Positions 12,101 through 25,801 of a stretch of DNA of 48,630 nt are shown here, piece by piece (position 1 is the stretch's first letter; the number at the start of each line of letters is the position of its first letter). The DNA comes from Kudoa neothunni (taxonomy: Eukaryota; Animalia; Cnidaria). Position numbers and translations under genes: made by a program. The DNA lies in the NCBI GenBank assembly GCA_964304625.1, contig OZ199840.1, positions 8,346,657 to 8,395,286 on the forward strand. The letters run 5' to 3'. The notes below the pieces were generated by a model. That model saw only the letters and a list, made by a program, of their open reading frames with translations, was not told the DNA's origin and ran no database searches.

Positions 12101-15018
12101 TTATGGAATTAACAATTAAAAATATTACTTTAAGTTAAAAAAATTATAATCTAACAAATCTTAAAAATATTAAATAAATGATAGTGTCTCTTTCCACAAC
12201 GATGGCGCATGTGCCAGGATTATAAGATTAATTTTATTTCCGTTAGTTTTGTATGTTATAAATCAAATAACTCACAACAAATATTCAAAAAAATGATTAT
12301 ATATTTTTTACAAACATACCACATAGATATCAAGACGCTATTTATCAAATTCAAAATAATTATCCATTGCCTGGGATCTACCTACCTGTAGCTTTTATCT
12401 CTTTCATAATAAAATTAAGTTTGAATTAATGGTTAATAGCGGAATTTTCATAGTGCTGTGAAGAGGAGTTAAGCACACTAAATAATTTTCTACAATCACT
12501 TCCACCAAGTTAGTTAATGTATGCAAGAACCTATCTATCGCCGCTTTTTTTCGTAGCTATTATTTTCATACATGTTGGTTTCATTATGAGTTTGATTAAA
12601 TTCATTACAATTTGATTTATTATCTTCTTAGATGTACGCATTCGGGTCTGTTGATACATCGTCATATTCAGATGCAACATTATGTTTTGAGTCGGTTGAA
12701 TTATTGTTTACACTGATTTTTATTATAACTAATGAATACGACGAGAAATAGCATCAAAAATAATTAATCCTTGCGCATACAGCATTATTATGGAAAGAGA
12801 TGCCACCTAAAAAACATTGCTTAGAATTTTTTTCTGATAGTTCAAGAAATTATAAATATGAGTTAAACTTTTGAAGAGTGCAGAATAAGCGGAATGTTGA
12901 ATTATACTGAATTAATTTATGTCGAAAATTTTTATTTATTCTTTAAATATTAATAGTTTTTACGAAATAAATTTCAAAAATAATTTTACATTAATGGTTT
13001 GATTGGTGAGACATTCGATGTGGTTGATAAGAGGACATCTATATACACTGAAAGCGAAAAATGCAAATTAGATTAATACCTGGGATGCCGTCTAGATTTA
13101 GATCTAGTTCGCTAAAAATTTGATAAGCAACTTTGTCCACACCATCGAGATCCAAAAAAATATTCCGATAAATCAAGCTACATATGTCATAAGTTATATT
13201 GGAACATTCACTTTCAATACTTACAAGTGAAAGGTAACCAAGAGAAAACACAGAATTCCGATTATATAAAAATAAGGTTCTATAAATATAGAGAGCTCCT
13301 TTTTGTGACCTTCCACCGTATGGTGCCAAAACATATAGCCCTATAATAACTCATTTGTCACAGACGAATCTACGATTTATACAGCTGTTTAATTTGTGTT
13401 CATCATGATTAGACAAACAAATTGAATATCCATAATAATCGCCATAATTTTCACCGTAGCTTTCAAGCGAATTTTCCAAGTAAGGTGGATTGGCATATCT
13501 TTGCGTAACTATTATTTTTCCAGTACCAAACTTCACAAACGGATTGCTATATACGGTAATGTGTCTATAAATAGAATTATGGTTCGTATTTCATTAAATA
13601 ATAAATCTCACGCTTCTGAAAAGATAGCATTGAGTGATTTGAACCCAGTGTCTTTCCAAAACTAATGGATAAATAGAATAATTCATTATTTATCTAAAAA
13701 CAAAACTTGGAATTTTGTGGATAGGTTTTTTCTCTGTATAATTCCATCTTTAATATGATAAATATAAATCTTATGTAAAAATTATTTAAGAACATTGAAA
13801 ATCAATTACTCCCGTCTCGTTCTTTGGTAAAGCTTTGAAATATTCAAATTTCACTAATTTAATAATTAATAAAAATTTTAATTATGCCTTCAAAGTTTAA
13901 ACTAAAATTATACAAAAATTGTTTATATTATAATTCATTATTGACATATTCTATATTTTGGATAATTATTAAATATTATTTATGTTACTTTTATATTAAT
14001 TACAAAAAAGAGGAATAATTTACATTGCCCATCAGGGAATTTGTACATTAATAAACTTCTGAGATCTGAATATCTTTCAATTTATACAAAGAAAATTAAT
14101 ACATTACGTGTAGAAGATATTGTATAATTTGATAATTCAAAATTTCCATCCTTAGTAAAATTGGTGTAGAGGTAAATATTGGCTGTTTTACTAGAGATTT
14201 TGTGAGAACATTTCTTAATTATATATTATACTTGTTATGTAATACACCAATTATTAGATTATTTTCACCATCGGAGAAGGTAATAATTCCAGTGCTGTTA
14301 TGAAAATTTTGTGTGACTAACAAAATCATTTATAAATTTATCACGTTATGTAACATGAATTTAACACGTTAAATACAAGGTATTGGTGCAGTTTTGTTGA
14401 CTTCACTGTTATATGTGTAGCAGTATGAGAGAGCTTCTTTCGCGAAGTTTTCTACAATCCCACTATTAGGAGCACATACCTAAATCAATAATGATTGAAA
14501 TAATTTAAAAATAATATTAATAAAATTAACCATAAATAAATTATCAGAAACTTTTTCCAAATTAAATCCCAATAATAACGAATATTTATTCAATATATTA
14601 TTTTTATCTAAAAATTAAATATTCACTGTAAAATATAAATAATTACCAATATCATCCGGTAGCATATGAATTTTATCACAAATCCCAGCTTTTCCAGCTT
14701 TTGTTGGAATTTCGCACGAAAAAACTTGACCGGAAGTTACTATTCGTTTTGTATCTGATCCATTAATTATACTTGAAAATGGGGCTGACGTAATAAATCT
14801 ATACAATAAATTAATAGTTGTTTAGATATATAATTTAACTTCCTATCTGAAACTTTTCTTATGTTGAATCCGAATAAAGTGTGACCATATTTAGGGTTGA
14901 TTTTATTCGATTTGCCATCCAATGACCAATTTTCAATTGATGCGAATGTATTTCTAGGAATTTGGTGTCCTACTTTGTTCAAAAAAATTAAATACGTAAA
15001 AATGATCAGCTGCAACAT
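9106..15018 (-). CDS. Divergent integrin alpha subunit (no I-domain evident), many short introns
   Basis: Signal peptide MLQLIIFTYLIFLNKVG. FG-GAP-like repeats: LFGFNI...FITSAP...SGQVFSC; LLGFNL...VCAP; YGDYYGYSICL...VLAPYGGRSQKGALYIY; DLNLDGIP. Leg-domain-like exons follow. TM exon 9259-9372 encodes WMITVVIGSAIVFALIFFISLYF, and last exon 9106-9213 encodes a 35-aa tail. Not all middle exon borders were resolved. Confidence 0.8.
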
Positions 15019-18000
15019 CAGCAATAATCAGAACGAAATTAAGTACTGGCGGTATCTTCCGAATTAATGTGGATTGTCCTTAATCTTGGTTAACGACATT
15101 TTTTGATGAGGTAGATAAGCATTTCGATATTATTTTACCTTATCAACTTTTGCACGTCAATATATTCTGATAAAAAATTACTTAATTAATTGATTAATTA
15201 ATCCTAAATATATTATGTTGTTTTAAAATAAGAAAGTAATTACAAATAAAACAATATTACTTACAAACATAAGTTAAATTAAATTTTAGTGTTTGAATAA
15301 TCAAAATATAAACTTTGTATTGGTAATTTCTTCCGTGTTTTCGGTTATGTATGACAAATTTAATAAAAGAAATAATTCTAAAATATCATCCATTCACCTT
15401 AATAATATAGGATTAATTATCACGAGCAATTACTAATTCAAAATAATATTATTAACTTCATGAAAACTTGACCATGTGATTAAATTAAATCTTTCCTAAA
15501 TTAATATATAAATATTTAATTTATTTCGGCAAGCTTTATTTACCCTATTGCTATAAATTCATCGTTAAAACTGCAGAATAATGACCCCAATCCTATTCAG
15601 CTACAACGAATAAGTTCGGTCATGTTGATTGCCTTATTTTTGTTGATTTTTAGTATCAATAGAACATGATCTCATATTTAATATTCCATTTGTTATATAT
15701 ATTAGTTGCAATAATCTATTTTATATCTCCTAGCCCTCGTAGTCATTTTTATAGGTCATAACACTCAATCGCGTAAAGCGTCCTTTATGTACCCTAAAAC
15801 TTAAGTGTGACTAATAATTCGGAAGTGTGATCACAATTTCTCCTTGACGATTGTCTATTATTAATTTCAGGAATCTATAAAAATAAGAATTTCACGATTT
15901 ATAAAACCATTAGGTGTTCAGTTGTAGAAAATATTTAACGTCACTACCAAACAAAATTATTGGATTCAACATCAGAAATTTTTGATAAATATAACAATTC
16001 TAATTTATAATCTTGGGATTAATCGTCGGTCTGAATATAATCTTTAGACGTTAAATGTTGTCAATATTCTGCAATTTTCGATTCCATATTTTTCAGTTTT
16101 ACATTTCTTAATAATGTAATAAATTAAATGTTTAGTTAACTGTACAATCCAAACTTTAATTTTGAAAGATTTTATTTTAGTTTGAAAATAGATCGATTCA
16201 TTTTATTGGTGATACAATAAAATCATGCGCAAACATTCCAATAGTGTTTTAAATCGAACCATATTGATGGTTTGTTGGATTTATCGATAGTTTTAAATAA
16301 AATTTTAACACGCGGATGGATGATGATAATAATAATAAATGAATTTTATCACTCGTGATGATCTTTTAATTTTCTGCATTTCGCGGATACTCTCGGCATA
16401 ACTAGATTACACAATATTTATAGAAACTCTATCTTATTTCCCCTTAATTTTGCTTTCTCGAATTTTTAATAAAAAATATAAGAAAATGCGTTTAAGATTA
16501 TGATAGTAACAATTGATAATTAAACGGTATTTGCTCTAATTCGAACATTGTTTCCGAGTAAAAAATCGTTAACTAAAACCAGTTTTGTATATATGTGTGT
16601 GTATTTTTCTCTAAGATTCGTAATCTATCTGTAGGTGGGTGTAAAAATTGATGCTGAGAAATATTTAATCGGATTGTAAAATGATGTTTAATCATTGTTT
16701 ATTATATTGAATTTCTCATGTAAAAAAATTAATAAAGAACATTCTCTATATTTAACATAGTAAATTCATGTTGATCAATGAATAAATAATTTGACAGATT
16801 AATACCATGATATTATCAGATTAACTTTCGGTAATATCAAAGCAGTTTCACTTGGACGAAACGATGACTCTTAGCAATCCATTTAATTATTTCAATGATT
16901 TATACTTATTTCAAAATGTCTGTCTCCTCTAATGCTTCAATCAACCACATACCGCGTATATTAAAAACTCGGATTAACGAAATATCATTAAAAACCAATT
17001 CCTAATATTTAATGACCATTCTATTTAATTCATTTTTAATATTAGTATATATGTTACTCAAGAAATTTATCTAATTTAATAGTAAAAACAAAGAAACTTC
17101 TAATCTGGATAGACTCCACCGTGGTGTGTATCATCGATGTATAACAGGTACACGTCATGTGGGATTTGGATTTTATGTAGGGTTAATTTGTTCAAAAAAA
17201 TATTTTATTTATAAAACAACAAAGTTATAGTAAAATAGAAAATAAGGAAAATAAATACGTGTCATTATAACTCTCGGAATTAAAGAATTATTTACGAAAT
17301 TCTTATTACTTAAGTTTATGGGATTTGTAATTTAAAAAACAATTAAATGATTTTCTTAATTTTCGATCGCTATTTTGTACATAAATTTTCATTTAATTGT
17401 CATAGAATCGTTTGCAAATATTTTTAATATATTAAATTGTCCATACAAAAATTATAATTATAACAGTAAACTTTCATATAAATAAAAATCAAATCTTACA
17501 TATTCCATATTTTTTTAATTTTTCTATAAATAGATAAAAGTCAAGATAACATATCAAACAGTTTTTGCGAAATTACTAAAAAAAGACCGCGACAGGGATG
17601 AAATTTTTCCCCTTGTTTATTTAAATTTCAAATGAACATTGGTGCGATAGGATTAAATATTTATAAAAAAATCACCTTTGAAAGAGACCAACCAATCTTA
17701 AGCTTATTAACTCAAGTTACAAACGTAATAGCTGAATTTTCCAACAAATATACGGGAATCGCCGATTGTTGTATATAGGCCTTTAAAAAATCGAGAGTGA
17801 TTATGTGTTGAAATGAGGATTATTAAGGATTTGGATAGGAATTTCATGGTTCCAACGTTTTGGGGTTGTTACTAGTTTTCAAAGACATTTTTATAGATAA
17901 TATATCTCAGTAAATTAAATATATTCGTTAAAATACTTGAAACATTCAACCAAGCAGATATATTGTTGAAATAAAAAATAAAAAAAATGCATTTGACATG

Positions 18001-18692
18001 TTGACATCCATAATTGATTTAACTTAAAATGTTAAAAAAACATATTTTTTGATTTGTGACGATTGCTCTACTTTAATATTAATTTTAATTTAAAAATAAT
18101 TACTGAATATTTTTATTTTTAGTTACTTAATAGATATAAATAAAAATATAACTTAATAAAATAAATTAAAAATGTTCATGCGTGAATTTTGGAACAAATA
18201 TTGTTGTAACATTTTTTTAATCATGAATAAACTATGCGAAAAAATTTATAAACTAAAAACCACATTAGGTTATGTCATAGTTCAATTGAAACATCTTTGT
18301 TCTAATTTTGAATAGAATAAATCAGAAAGTTCTGTTTTTAAAATACGAAAGCAAGATTGAACATTTACAAATTTGTTACTAATAGATACAAATAAAAAAA
18401 TTCAGTGAACAACTAACGACTTCTAATTTGTCAAAATTATAGAGAAATAATAATTTTCGATGTATCTATCAACAAGGGAGATTCCACGTGAATCCGAATG
18501 TGCTCGACTTAAGATGTATTCCCAGTTTATATGTTAATTCTTGTTGAGCTGTATTTAATTACATAATGTAATTTTTTGTGATTAGATCATAAATAAAAAA
18601 ACGTTTGAAAGAGAAATGAATTAATAGGCTGAGTTGTAGGAAACGACTTAATTTCCGATTTTGTATGTGACATATGCGACATTAGGGGTTAA

Positions 18693-18878
18693 GATGGGTT
18701 CAATTTTAAAAATCTATTTTAAAATTAATATAATTTAGCTTCTATTATCAATTGATGCAGCATTTTAAATAAAGAATGACTAAAATAAGTTTTCAATCTA
18801 TCACATTTTTACATATTTTTTGCGTGCAAAATACTTATAATTGATGATTGAAAAAATTATTTGCAAAACCGAACCGTC
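18693..18878. mobile_element. Possible TTAA-flanked MITE (Kolobok/piggyBac-like target site)
   Basis: ttaa|gatgggttcaatttt ... aaaaccgaaccgtc|ttaa forms imperfect inverted ends with TTAA on both sides. Confidence 0.3.
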
Positions 18879-19675
18879 TTAAGTGTTAACCCTATGCGAC
18901 ACCGCCCGAAGTTCTACACAGATATTGTAGTACTTTAGTTTAGCTGATATTTTAAAAGAAATAAAACAGTTTGTAACAATACTACGCGTATATTAAACAG
19001 GGAGCGGCGGCTCTGTTGAACCACTAATAACCTATATAACATTGAGTCGTATTGGTGCATTTACTCAGTATCTATTCGCTATACAATTTATTCCAAAAAA
19101 TAATGTAAAGCTGAATTTTGATAGGAAAATTTCTCCTAACATTGATTACAAAAATCCACTGTGACCGAATCACACAGTCTTGTTAATACATTGACTTAAT
19201 TTCTTCGAACTAGAGGATAATCCCTCTACCCTCGAAGGCAACCCTTGATTTTTTGAAGCCCTGCTTGTATAGCATCAACTAGTCTTAATTCAGTCACGAC
19301 ATAAATTAAGACTTAATTTTCATTAAAAAAATCATAACTTATTATGTTGAGAGAGAAGATTATAGATTTTTAGGATTTCAAACAATTGTGATGAACAAAA
19401 ATAATTAGACATAAATTTGGTGAAAAATCCTCTATTAGTGATTAGTGTATTGGTGACACAGCGGACCCCTCACCCATAGATCCATAGACCCATAGCAGTA
19501 ACGGTATGTATCCATAGTAAATTTAAATTCGAATTAACGCTATGAACAAAATTCAAATTAAGAGAAGGAAATATAGCGCACACGAAAAATCCCATTGCAT
19601 ATGTATTTTAAATTTAACAAAAATTAAGAAAAAAAGAAATATCTAAGAAAAATTTGGCCAAAAATATATTTCCAA

Positions 19676-22600
19676 TCAAACTATATCATAGGTTTTTGTA
19701 GAAAGTGAGGTTTGAATTGTGTAATCCGTGGGACCGAGGGATTCACCATTTTCTTTTATGAAATTTTGTATTTGACTTTGTAACAGGAGATTATGCGAGT
19801 CAAATGAACATTTGATTGGATAGATGGAATTCACCGGCCCACTGAATCCATCGAGTGATAATTCGATCGAAGCGTTTCTATCATTAGCATCCATGATGGG
19901 AAGTTGCCAGGTGAATAGATTTTTATTGACGTTATACTGACCTTCCGAAATATTGATTATACGTGGAGTGGAATGGAAATTTGAACTAAAGAGTAGCTGA
20001 TTAAAACCAAACGATTATACACACAAAAATACTCTATTAGGAAGCAGACCATCACATTATTCAATGTGAAGGATGTATCATTCAGCTCCAAATCCAAAAT
20101 AATGTTTACCGCTGGTGTCAGAAGTTTTATCAATCCAACAGTTCACTTAAATCAGGACGATTATTCAAAGTTGAAAACAAAATTTTTTTATACATAAAAG
20201 AAATTTATTTTTTAAGAAAATATTTAAATATAAATTTTACATTATTAGTTTCACTTCCCATCATAGAACTTTAGAATTAATTACATATAACATATTAACC
20301 TTTCGTGTACCAGGTGGGGTATATGTGGTACCCCAACTAAGATAATTTATTCCTAATTCATAGCAGACATAAATTATTCTATTGAAATCTCATGGATGAT
20401 TTCCTCTTGATTTAGTACATTTGTAGGGAAATTTTTTAATGTGTGTTTAACTTTAACAAGAAGTATGGCTTCAAATGTTTAATCGGTCCGACGGTTTCAT
20501 TCACAAAAATCATTTTGATACTGCAAAATATTCATTTATATTTTTGTGAATATTTAAATTAAATATATATATCAATAATTTGATTCTAGACTAGATATTT
20601 TCAAATTTAAATTATGAGATTAGCATTAACGATGAATAACTCATAACCATCATGGTCTGTTGAGTGTTGTTTCATTGTAGAGTTGAGAGTTTCAACCTAA
20701 TTATGATTAAAATTAATTTAATCGTGTAATAGAGTTTGAGAGACATTTAATCCTTAACATGGGGTAGAAGCTTGATTTCGAGATGAAGGCGCTGCAACAG
20801 TCTACAGTCTGAGGTAGATCACGTGCGACGTTGTTACCCCAATATTTTGATATTATGTTGATAGGTTAGTGTGCACTCCTCTCTATAAATTTAGAAGTTT
20901 TGTTCGAAATTAGACTTTTTATCGTACTTGTAAATATATAATATCGACAAAAATTCTTTATACAAGATTTATTTTGGCGTGGGTTGATGTTTAAATTGTA
21001 GAATATCAATCGATTAATCGGGTTTCATGACCGATTACACACAATAAATATATGAATGGTTGATAGGTTAAAAACGAAAAAAAATAATTTTAAGTTGATT
21101 TCTCGTGGGAGAAGGCACACGCAAAATATTTTTGAGCTCGGTACGGGAAGGATTAAAAACATTACTTGTTGGAATAACTTAAATAAATAAAAATAATTCC
21201 ACTAAGATATACCCATTATCTTTAGAAGTTGAACAAAACAAATTCAAAATGCTCACACAAACTTACTTTGTAATATTAAATCATCCATATTATTGGACTG
21301 ATATCGCCATTTCAAAACACCAATTTCATTGTTAAGGGGGAAATTACGGCCGCCCTCTTTGATGGCAATTACAGAATGTTCTAAAAATTGTTTCTTATCA
21401 ATATTGGGATGAGTCTAAACAATTTTATGGTCTTTTTTAAATACAAAAAATTGTCACAACTTGAAGGGTAAGTTTTGGATTTGGTCGTTGTGAAAATTGA
21501 AATTTCAAATTTGACAATTCATCCTCAGCAACATTCACAGTCATAATCCCAGTAACTTCGTAGTTTTCTAATTGGCCATTACGATTGATAAAGGTCGAAA
21601 TTGTTTCATTTAGTTTGACTAATATTTTATAATCTCTAATTAAAGGATTAGCGTTTTGTGACGGTTGAGCGTTTGAAATCGGCATGGCGCTCGATAATGG
21701 TGCAGTCGAAATTGTATCATTGTTGGCAACAGGAGCAGGCTGAATATTTTTTTTCAGTTGTAACGATTTGACGGATTTAGCAAAATTGGTGTTAGACGTC
21801 GAAGTATGGTTGGTATTAGTTGTTCTAAAATAGTGTTCACTATCAATAATTGCATTCATGAATCAAATAAATCATCTTATTAAATGCAAAATTTAATAAT
21901 AATAATAATACCCATCCACCAGTTCATAAAATTAATCCTAAATGCTCATGCGCATATTTGAATTTTAATCCTACCCCCTACTCGACATACACATTCATGT
22001 ATTTACAGTCGAGCCTGGATATTGCGTAATTTTTCGGGAATGGGAAATAACTGCGCAATAAGTAGATTTTACGCAATATATGATATTGACGCATGCGCAC
22101 TGAATATAAAACAAAATTTAGTTTGGATTTAAAATAACTGGTAATTTCGGCATGTGTGCGCCATTTTTGTATTAATCCAGGTATGAACTCCACAACTGGG
22201 ATTGTTTTGAAAATAATGCTGTTGGATTTTTTACATAAAAATTTTCCGATTAAATTAATCTACTGCATACGCTTAAGGTAAAGCTATTGGTTCTTCATGT
22301 ATTTTCCCTCTCTTCTTCAATGTTGTCGATTTCGTCATATTTTGAATCTAGAAATTAAAGTTGATAAACAATTAAATAGTGTGACGAGATTTTAAACATT
22401 ATTTTCGGAAAAATCTTGAAGTAAGTTTTAATTATCTAATAATGTTTAATTTAATATATTGAAGAATTAAATATAATGTTCAAAAAGTCTAGATTCTCTG
22501 AAGCAATTTTGAATGATAGTCGATGTTACGTTTTCCTGTGCATGTTTTAAAGCCGGGGTCGGCAACCTTTTTGAGTGAGGGGTCGTGTTAAAATTAATCT

Positions 22601-25600
22601 ACTAAAATGTTAAATTATTCCTAATTCAAAGTATGAGTTTAACTATGTACATAAGAATTTATAAAAGTTATTAAAACCGTAAAAGTACGTCAAATCAAAA
22701 GTATTATATTCTAATGGTTTGCAAGTGCAGTGTAATCAACTCGTGCTTAACTTGTGAATGAATGATTTATGGGACGATTTCAAATTACATTAGATATACC
22801 TATATGCCTATTTAAAAATATTTTACGCTTTTATAAGAACAATTTTAACATTATTGTAGAAATAATATTTATTCCAGTTTTCTGATTTAATGAAAATGAA
22901 TTTTAGTCGTTTAAAATATTTATATTGACAACATATTGACGCTTAGAAAAATGATTTAGGTACTTTAGATATTACGAAAAATTCGTATGTCAGCCAATGC
23001 AGGGTGGGTCGTAGGTTGCCGACCACTATTTTAAAGTTTTAGTAGATCCAAAACGGTATATTTAATTAAATTTGAATTATCCATATTTATTATGCTGCAT
23101 TCTTCGTATTCTAGTGAAATTTCTGGGAATTCTACCGAAAAAACCATCACAGCTTGATTATTCACCATCAAATTTTTTATAATCAATTCCAAGTCTATGT
23201 TTAAACCCCACGAGCCAACCGTTACTATTTACTACCGGTAAATTTGGCGATACCTTTCGTCTTTTCAACAATTATGTAAGCAGGAACAATCTTTTCTCAT
23301 TTCGCATTTTAGTAAAGCATAAATAAATTAACTCAGTGTATTTGTCTGATTTTATTCTTTTTTTGAAGCGGAAACAATGAAATTAATAATATCACATAGA
23401 GAAGCTAAAATTCTATTAATTGTGGAGTGCCTTACAAATTTACTATATAAAGAAAACCGGAAATTCGTGTGTGTATGTGTGTACGCTTTTTTCATTGTTT
23501 ATAGAGAGACATGTCGCTCCATTTGAGCACACATATGGAAAGATAAAATTTTATTTTATCACAGAAAAATACGTAAAAAATTATAAAAGATTTGCATCCT
23601 ACGAAATGACTAAAAATATTTTCACGCGGTATAATTTGAAGATTTAGGCAAACATATAGATCCTTTCGTTAAATTTTAAAAAATTAATTTTAAACGTACC
23701 ATAGTGTTTATTTTAATATAAAATTCATTTTTAAAAATATTAAATAAGGTAAGTTAATTAAAATACAATTTTTCCTACTAATTGATTTCTCTTTCAAAAT
23801 TTTTTCATACTTCTTTATATATTCAAAAATAACATTAAATAACTAAAATTCAGATCAAAAAATAGCTTTAAAATCCTAAGCCGAGCTAGCGAGTATATTC
23901 GGATTAACGTGAATTTCAATTTTATTTAGGAAAAGTTTAAAATTCTTTTACTTTTTCTGTTAAAAATAGTTATCTACATTGATTACTCCAAAATTTGTTT
24001 ATAATGAATAACAGAGACCTATCAGATAACTCATTTGTTGCCGCGTTTTATATATTAATGCGTTGCAAAATTAGAATAGATTAAAGAAAACTCATGTGAT
24101 ATTTATGTTTACTTTCTTGAAACGTACATTTTTGTGAACGTACTAAGTAAAAAGGTAACAATTAACGGCCAATAAACCTAACTAGATCATATATTCACGT
24201 ACCAAAGTTTGGTATTTTAGTAGATAATAAATATACGACGTAATATTACATTTTATAACCAAAAACTAATTAATAAATGTTTATTTTTAGATTTTACATC
24301 ATTTTTATATTAATTAAATAAATCCAACTTTATTTGTGTAATCTTTGTTCTATTTGTCCAAATTCTCTTAATTTACTTTAAACTTAAAATAATCTTGGCC
24401 TACTCTAGACTTTAATCTACTTGGCCGGGCAAGGAAGTCTACGCTAATAAATTATATTGTGATTAGATAATTTCAATTTTTTTCAGCCACCGTTCGCTGA
24501 TTCCATACCATTTTAGTTTCTCAGAATTCAAAAAGAAGTTTAATTGATGATTAAACTGAACAAAACGTTACGTAGTAGCGAGATTTTAGTTTTGGTACAC
24601 TCACTTAAATTCACACTTATTTAATAAAAACTTTTTATATTCGCCAGCCCAGTTAACATTAGTTTAAATAATATAAAAGCAAAGTTTGAGTAAAAAATTT
24701 GAAATATCCTTTATATTTTAATGGGCTTGTGAAATTATGCAATATCCAGGTTCGACTGTAGTTCAGTCTTAAAAGACAAGCGCGTATGCTTGTTTAGCGG
24801 TCAGTTTAAACCTTCACAATTATTGAAAAACAATGCTCAAATCTTATCTTAATAATAAGCTAAAGACGGGTAAAATATAGAGAATATAGGAGGACACCCA
24901 GTATTAATTAAGGGGTAATTTTAAAATACTTGGTGGATTTTTGTGAAGCCTCAGACACCACAAGGAAATCATTGGGTAATGCGGCGAAATTGTAGGAAGA
25001 GGAGGTGGGCTGAGTGCCTTTCAGGTTGTTAAATATATTAGACGCGAGTGAGGCTAATGGGGGAACTGAACAGACCGCCATGAGATCCCCGATGAGACAA
25101 TCGCTCTTGTTGTCTTTGCAACTTTTGAATCATTTCAAATTCTTTAGCTTTTCGTTTCATTGTCTCTTTGGCCTGATTTTCTCTGTCCTGTAAACAAGCG
25201 AATAATTTATTTAAGCTCATTATCGAGAATAAAAAAGAGGATAGCAATAGAAAATTACCTTTTTCACTATTTCGGCCAAAATCTCATTTTCACTGTGCAT
25301 ATCAATAGAAGCAGCAACATCGGTGAGATCGACATCTTCTCGATATCCCAATGAAACCATCTCATCAAAAGCAAACACAAGAGTGAGCGCTTTTTCTCGA
25401 ACCGTATCCTCATTCACAGGATAACAATAATGCGAAACAACTCGAGACAACATTCTAAGTGTTTCCAAATCCTCAAAAATGTTGCTGTCCAAACTTGTCA
25501 TTAACACCATGTACAATAATCCCATCGGTTGGTACACATATCGAACATTGTCTCCGTCGATAAATGTGTGTTGAGACTCGCTGTTCAAACAGGACAAAAA

Positions 25601-25801
25601 AGAGTTCAAATATTGCTCCACTGTGTTTTTGGAAAGATCTGCAAATTGTCTTGAAAGCAAAACTAAAATTCACTCATGAATAAAATATATATTCGGGAAA
25701 ACTAATGTGTACTGGATCCATTTTTTGTTAGAACGGTAGCTGCTATTATCGTCTAATATAAAATATAATCCCAAATTGGAAATTACAATAAAACTCACCA
25801 T
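19676..25801 (-). CDS. ARCN1: Coatomer subunit delta (delta-COP / archain 1)
   Basis: ATG-only first coding exon (25799-25801), then TIIAATVLTKNGS|ILLSRQF...QHTFIDGDNVRYVYQPM...SNIFEDLETLRMLSRVV...AFDEMVSLGYRE (longin domain). The mu-homology domain reads THPNIDKKQF...FPLNNEIGVLKWR...NCW...WQLPIMD. Large introns at about 21825-24929 and 20146-21266. Exon 20033-20145 has one extra base. Confidence 0.95.
20299..21152. mobile_element. Degenerate piggyBac-like non-autonomous element inside an ARCN1 intron
   Basis: ttaa|cctttcgtgtacc ... ggtacgggaagga|ttaa, with subterminal palindromes (ggggta...tacccc; aatcgg...ccgatt). Fills most of the 1.1-kb intron. Confidence 0.45.
22553..23028. mobile_element. 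hAT (Charlie/Buster-type) MITE nested in the Tigger element
   Basis: Perfect 8-bp TSD ttttaaag (22545-22552 and 23029-23036, central TA). TIRs ccggggtcggcaacct / aggttgccgaccacta. Confidence 0.85.
23439..24447 (+). mobile_element. Possible non-autonomous Helitron nested in the Tigger element
   Basis: The 5' end t-tactatataa...gtgtgtgtatgtgtgtacgc and the 3' end gccgggcaag...gctaa|t resemble Helitron termini. Both are degenerate and there is no TSD. Confidence 0.3.

Larger units (their letters stand above)
22006..24758 (-). mobile_element. Tigger/pogo DNA transposon (decayed) inside the ARCN1 large intron
   Basis: TA TSD. TIRs cagtcgagcctggatattgcgtaattt and cagtcgaacctggatattgcataattt match at 25/27. 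A minus-strand remnant near 23150-23230 reads SNGWLVGFKHRLGIDYKKFDGE*SSCD, the CENP-B/Tigger HTH motif. Confidence 0.85.

Noticed and set aside
15500-16050. Faint Gypsy RT/RNase H-like words on the minus strand (IGLGSL, VLGYI)
   Set aside because: Too degenerate, with many stops, no catalytic YxDD and no LTRs. It would need a translated HMM search.
19474-19518. Short repeat of ccatag units
   Set aside because: Only 3-4 short units with no spacer structure. It is a simple repeat, not a CRISPR array.
25023-25075. Apparent frameshift in ARCN1 after HRGSHGG
   Set aside because: Resolved by a 58-nt phase-1 GT-AG intron.
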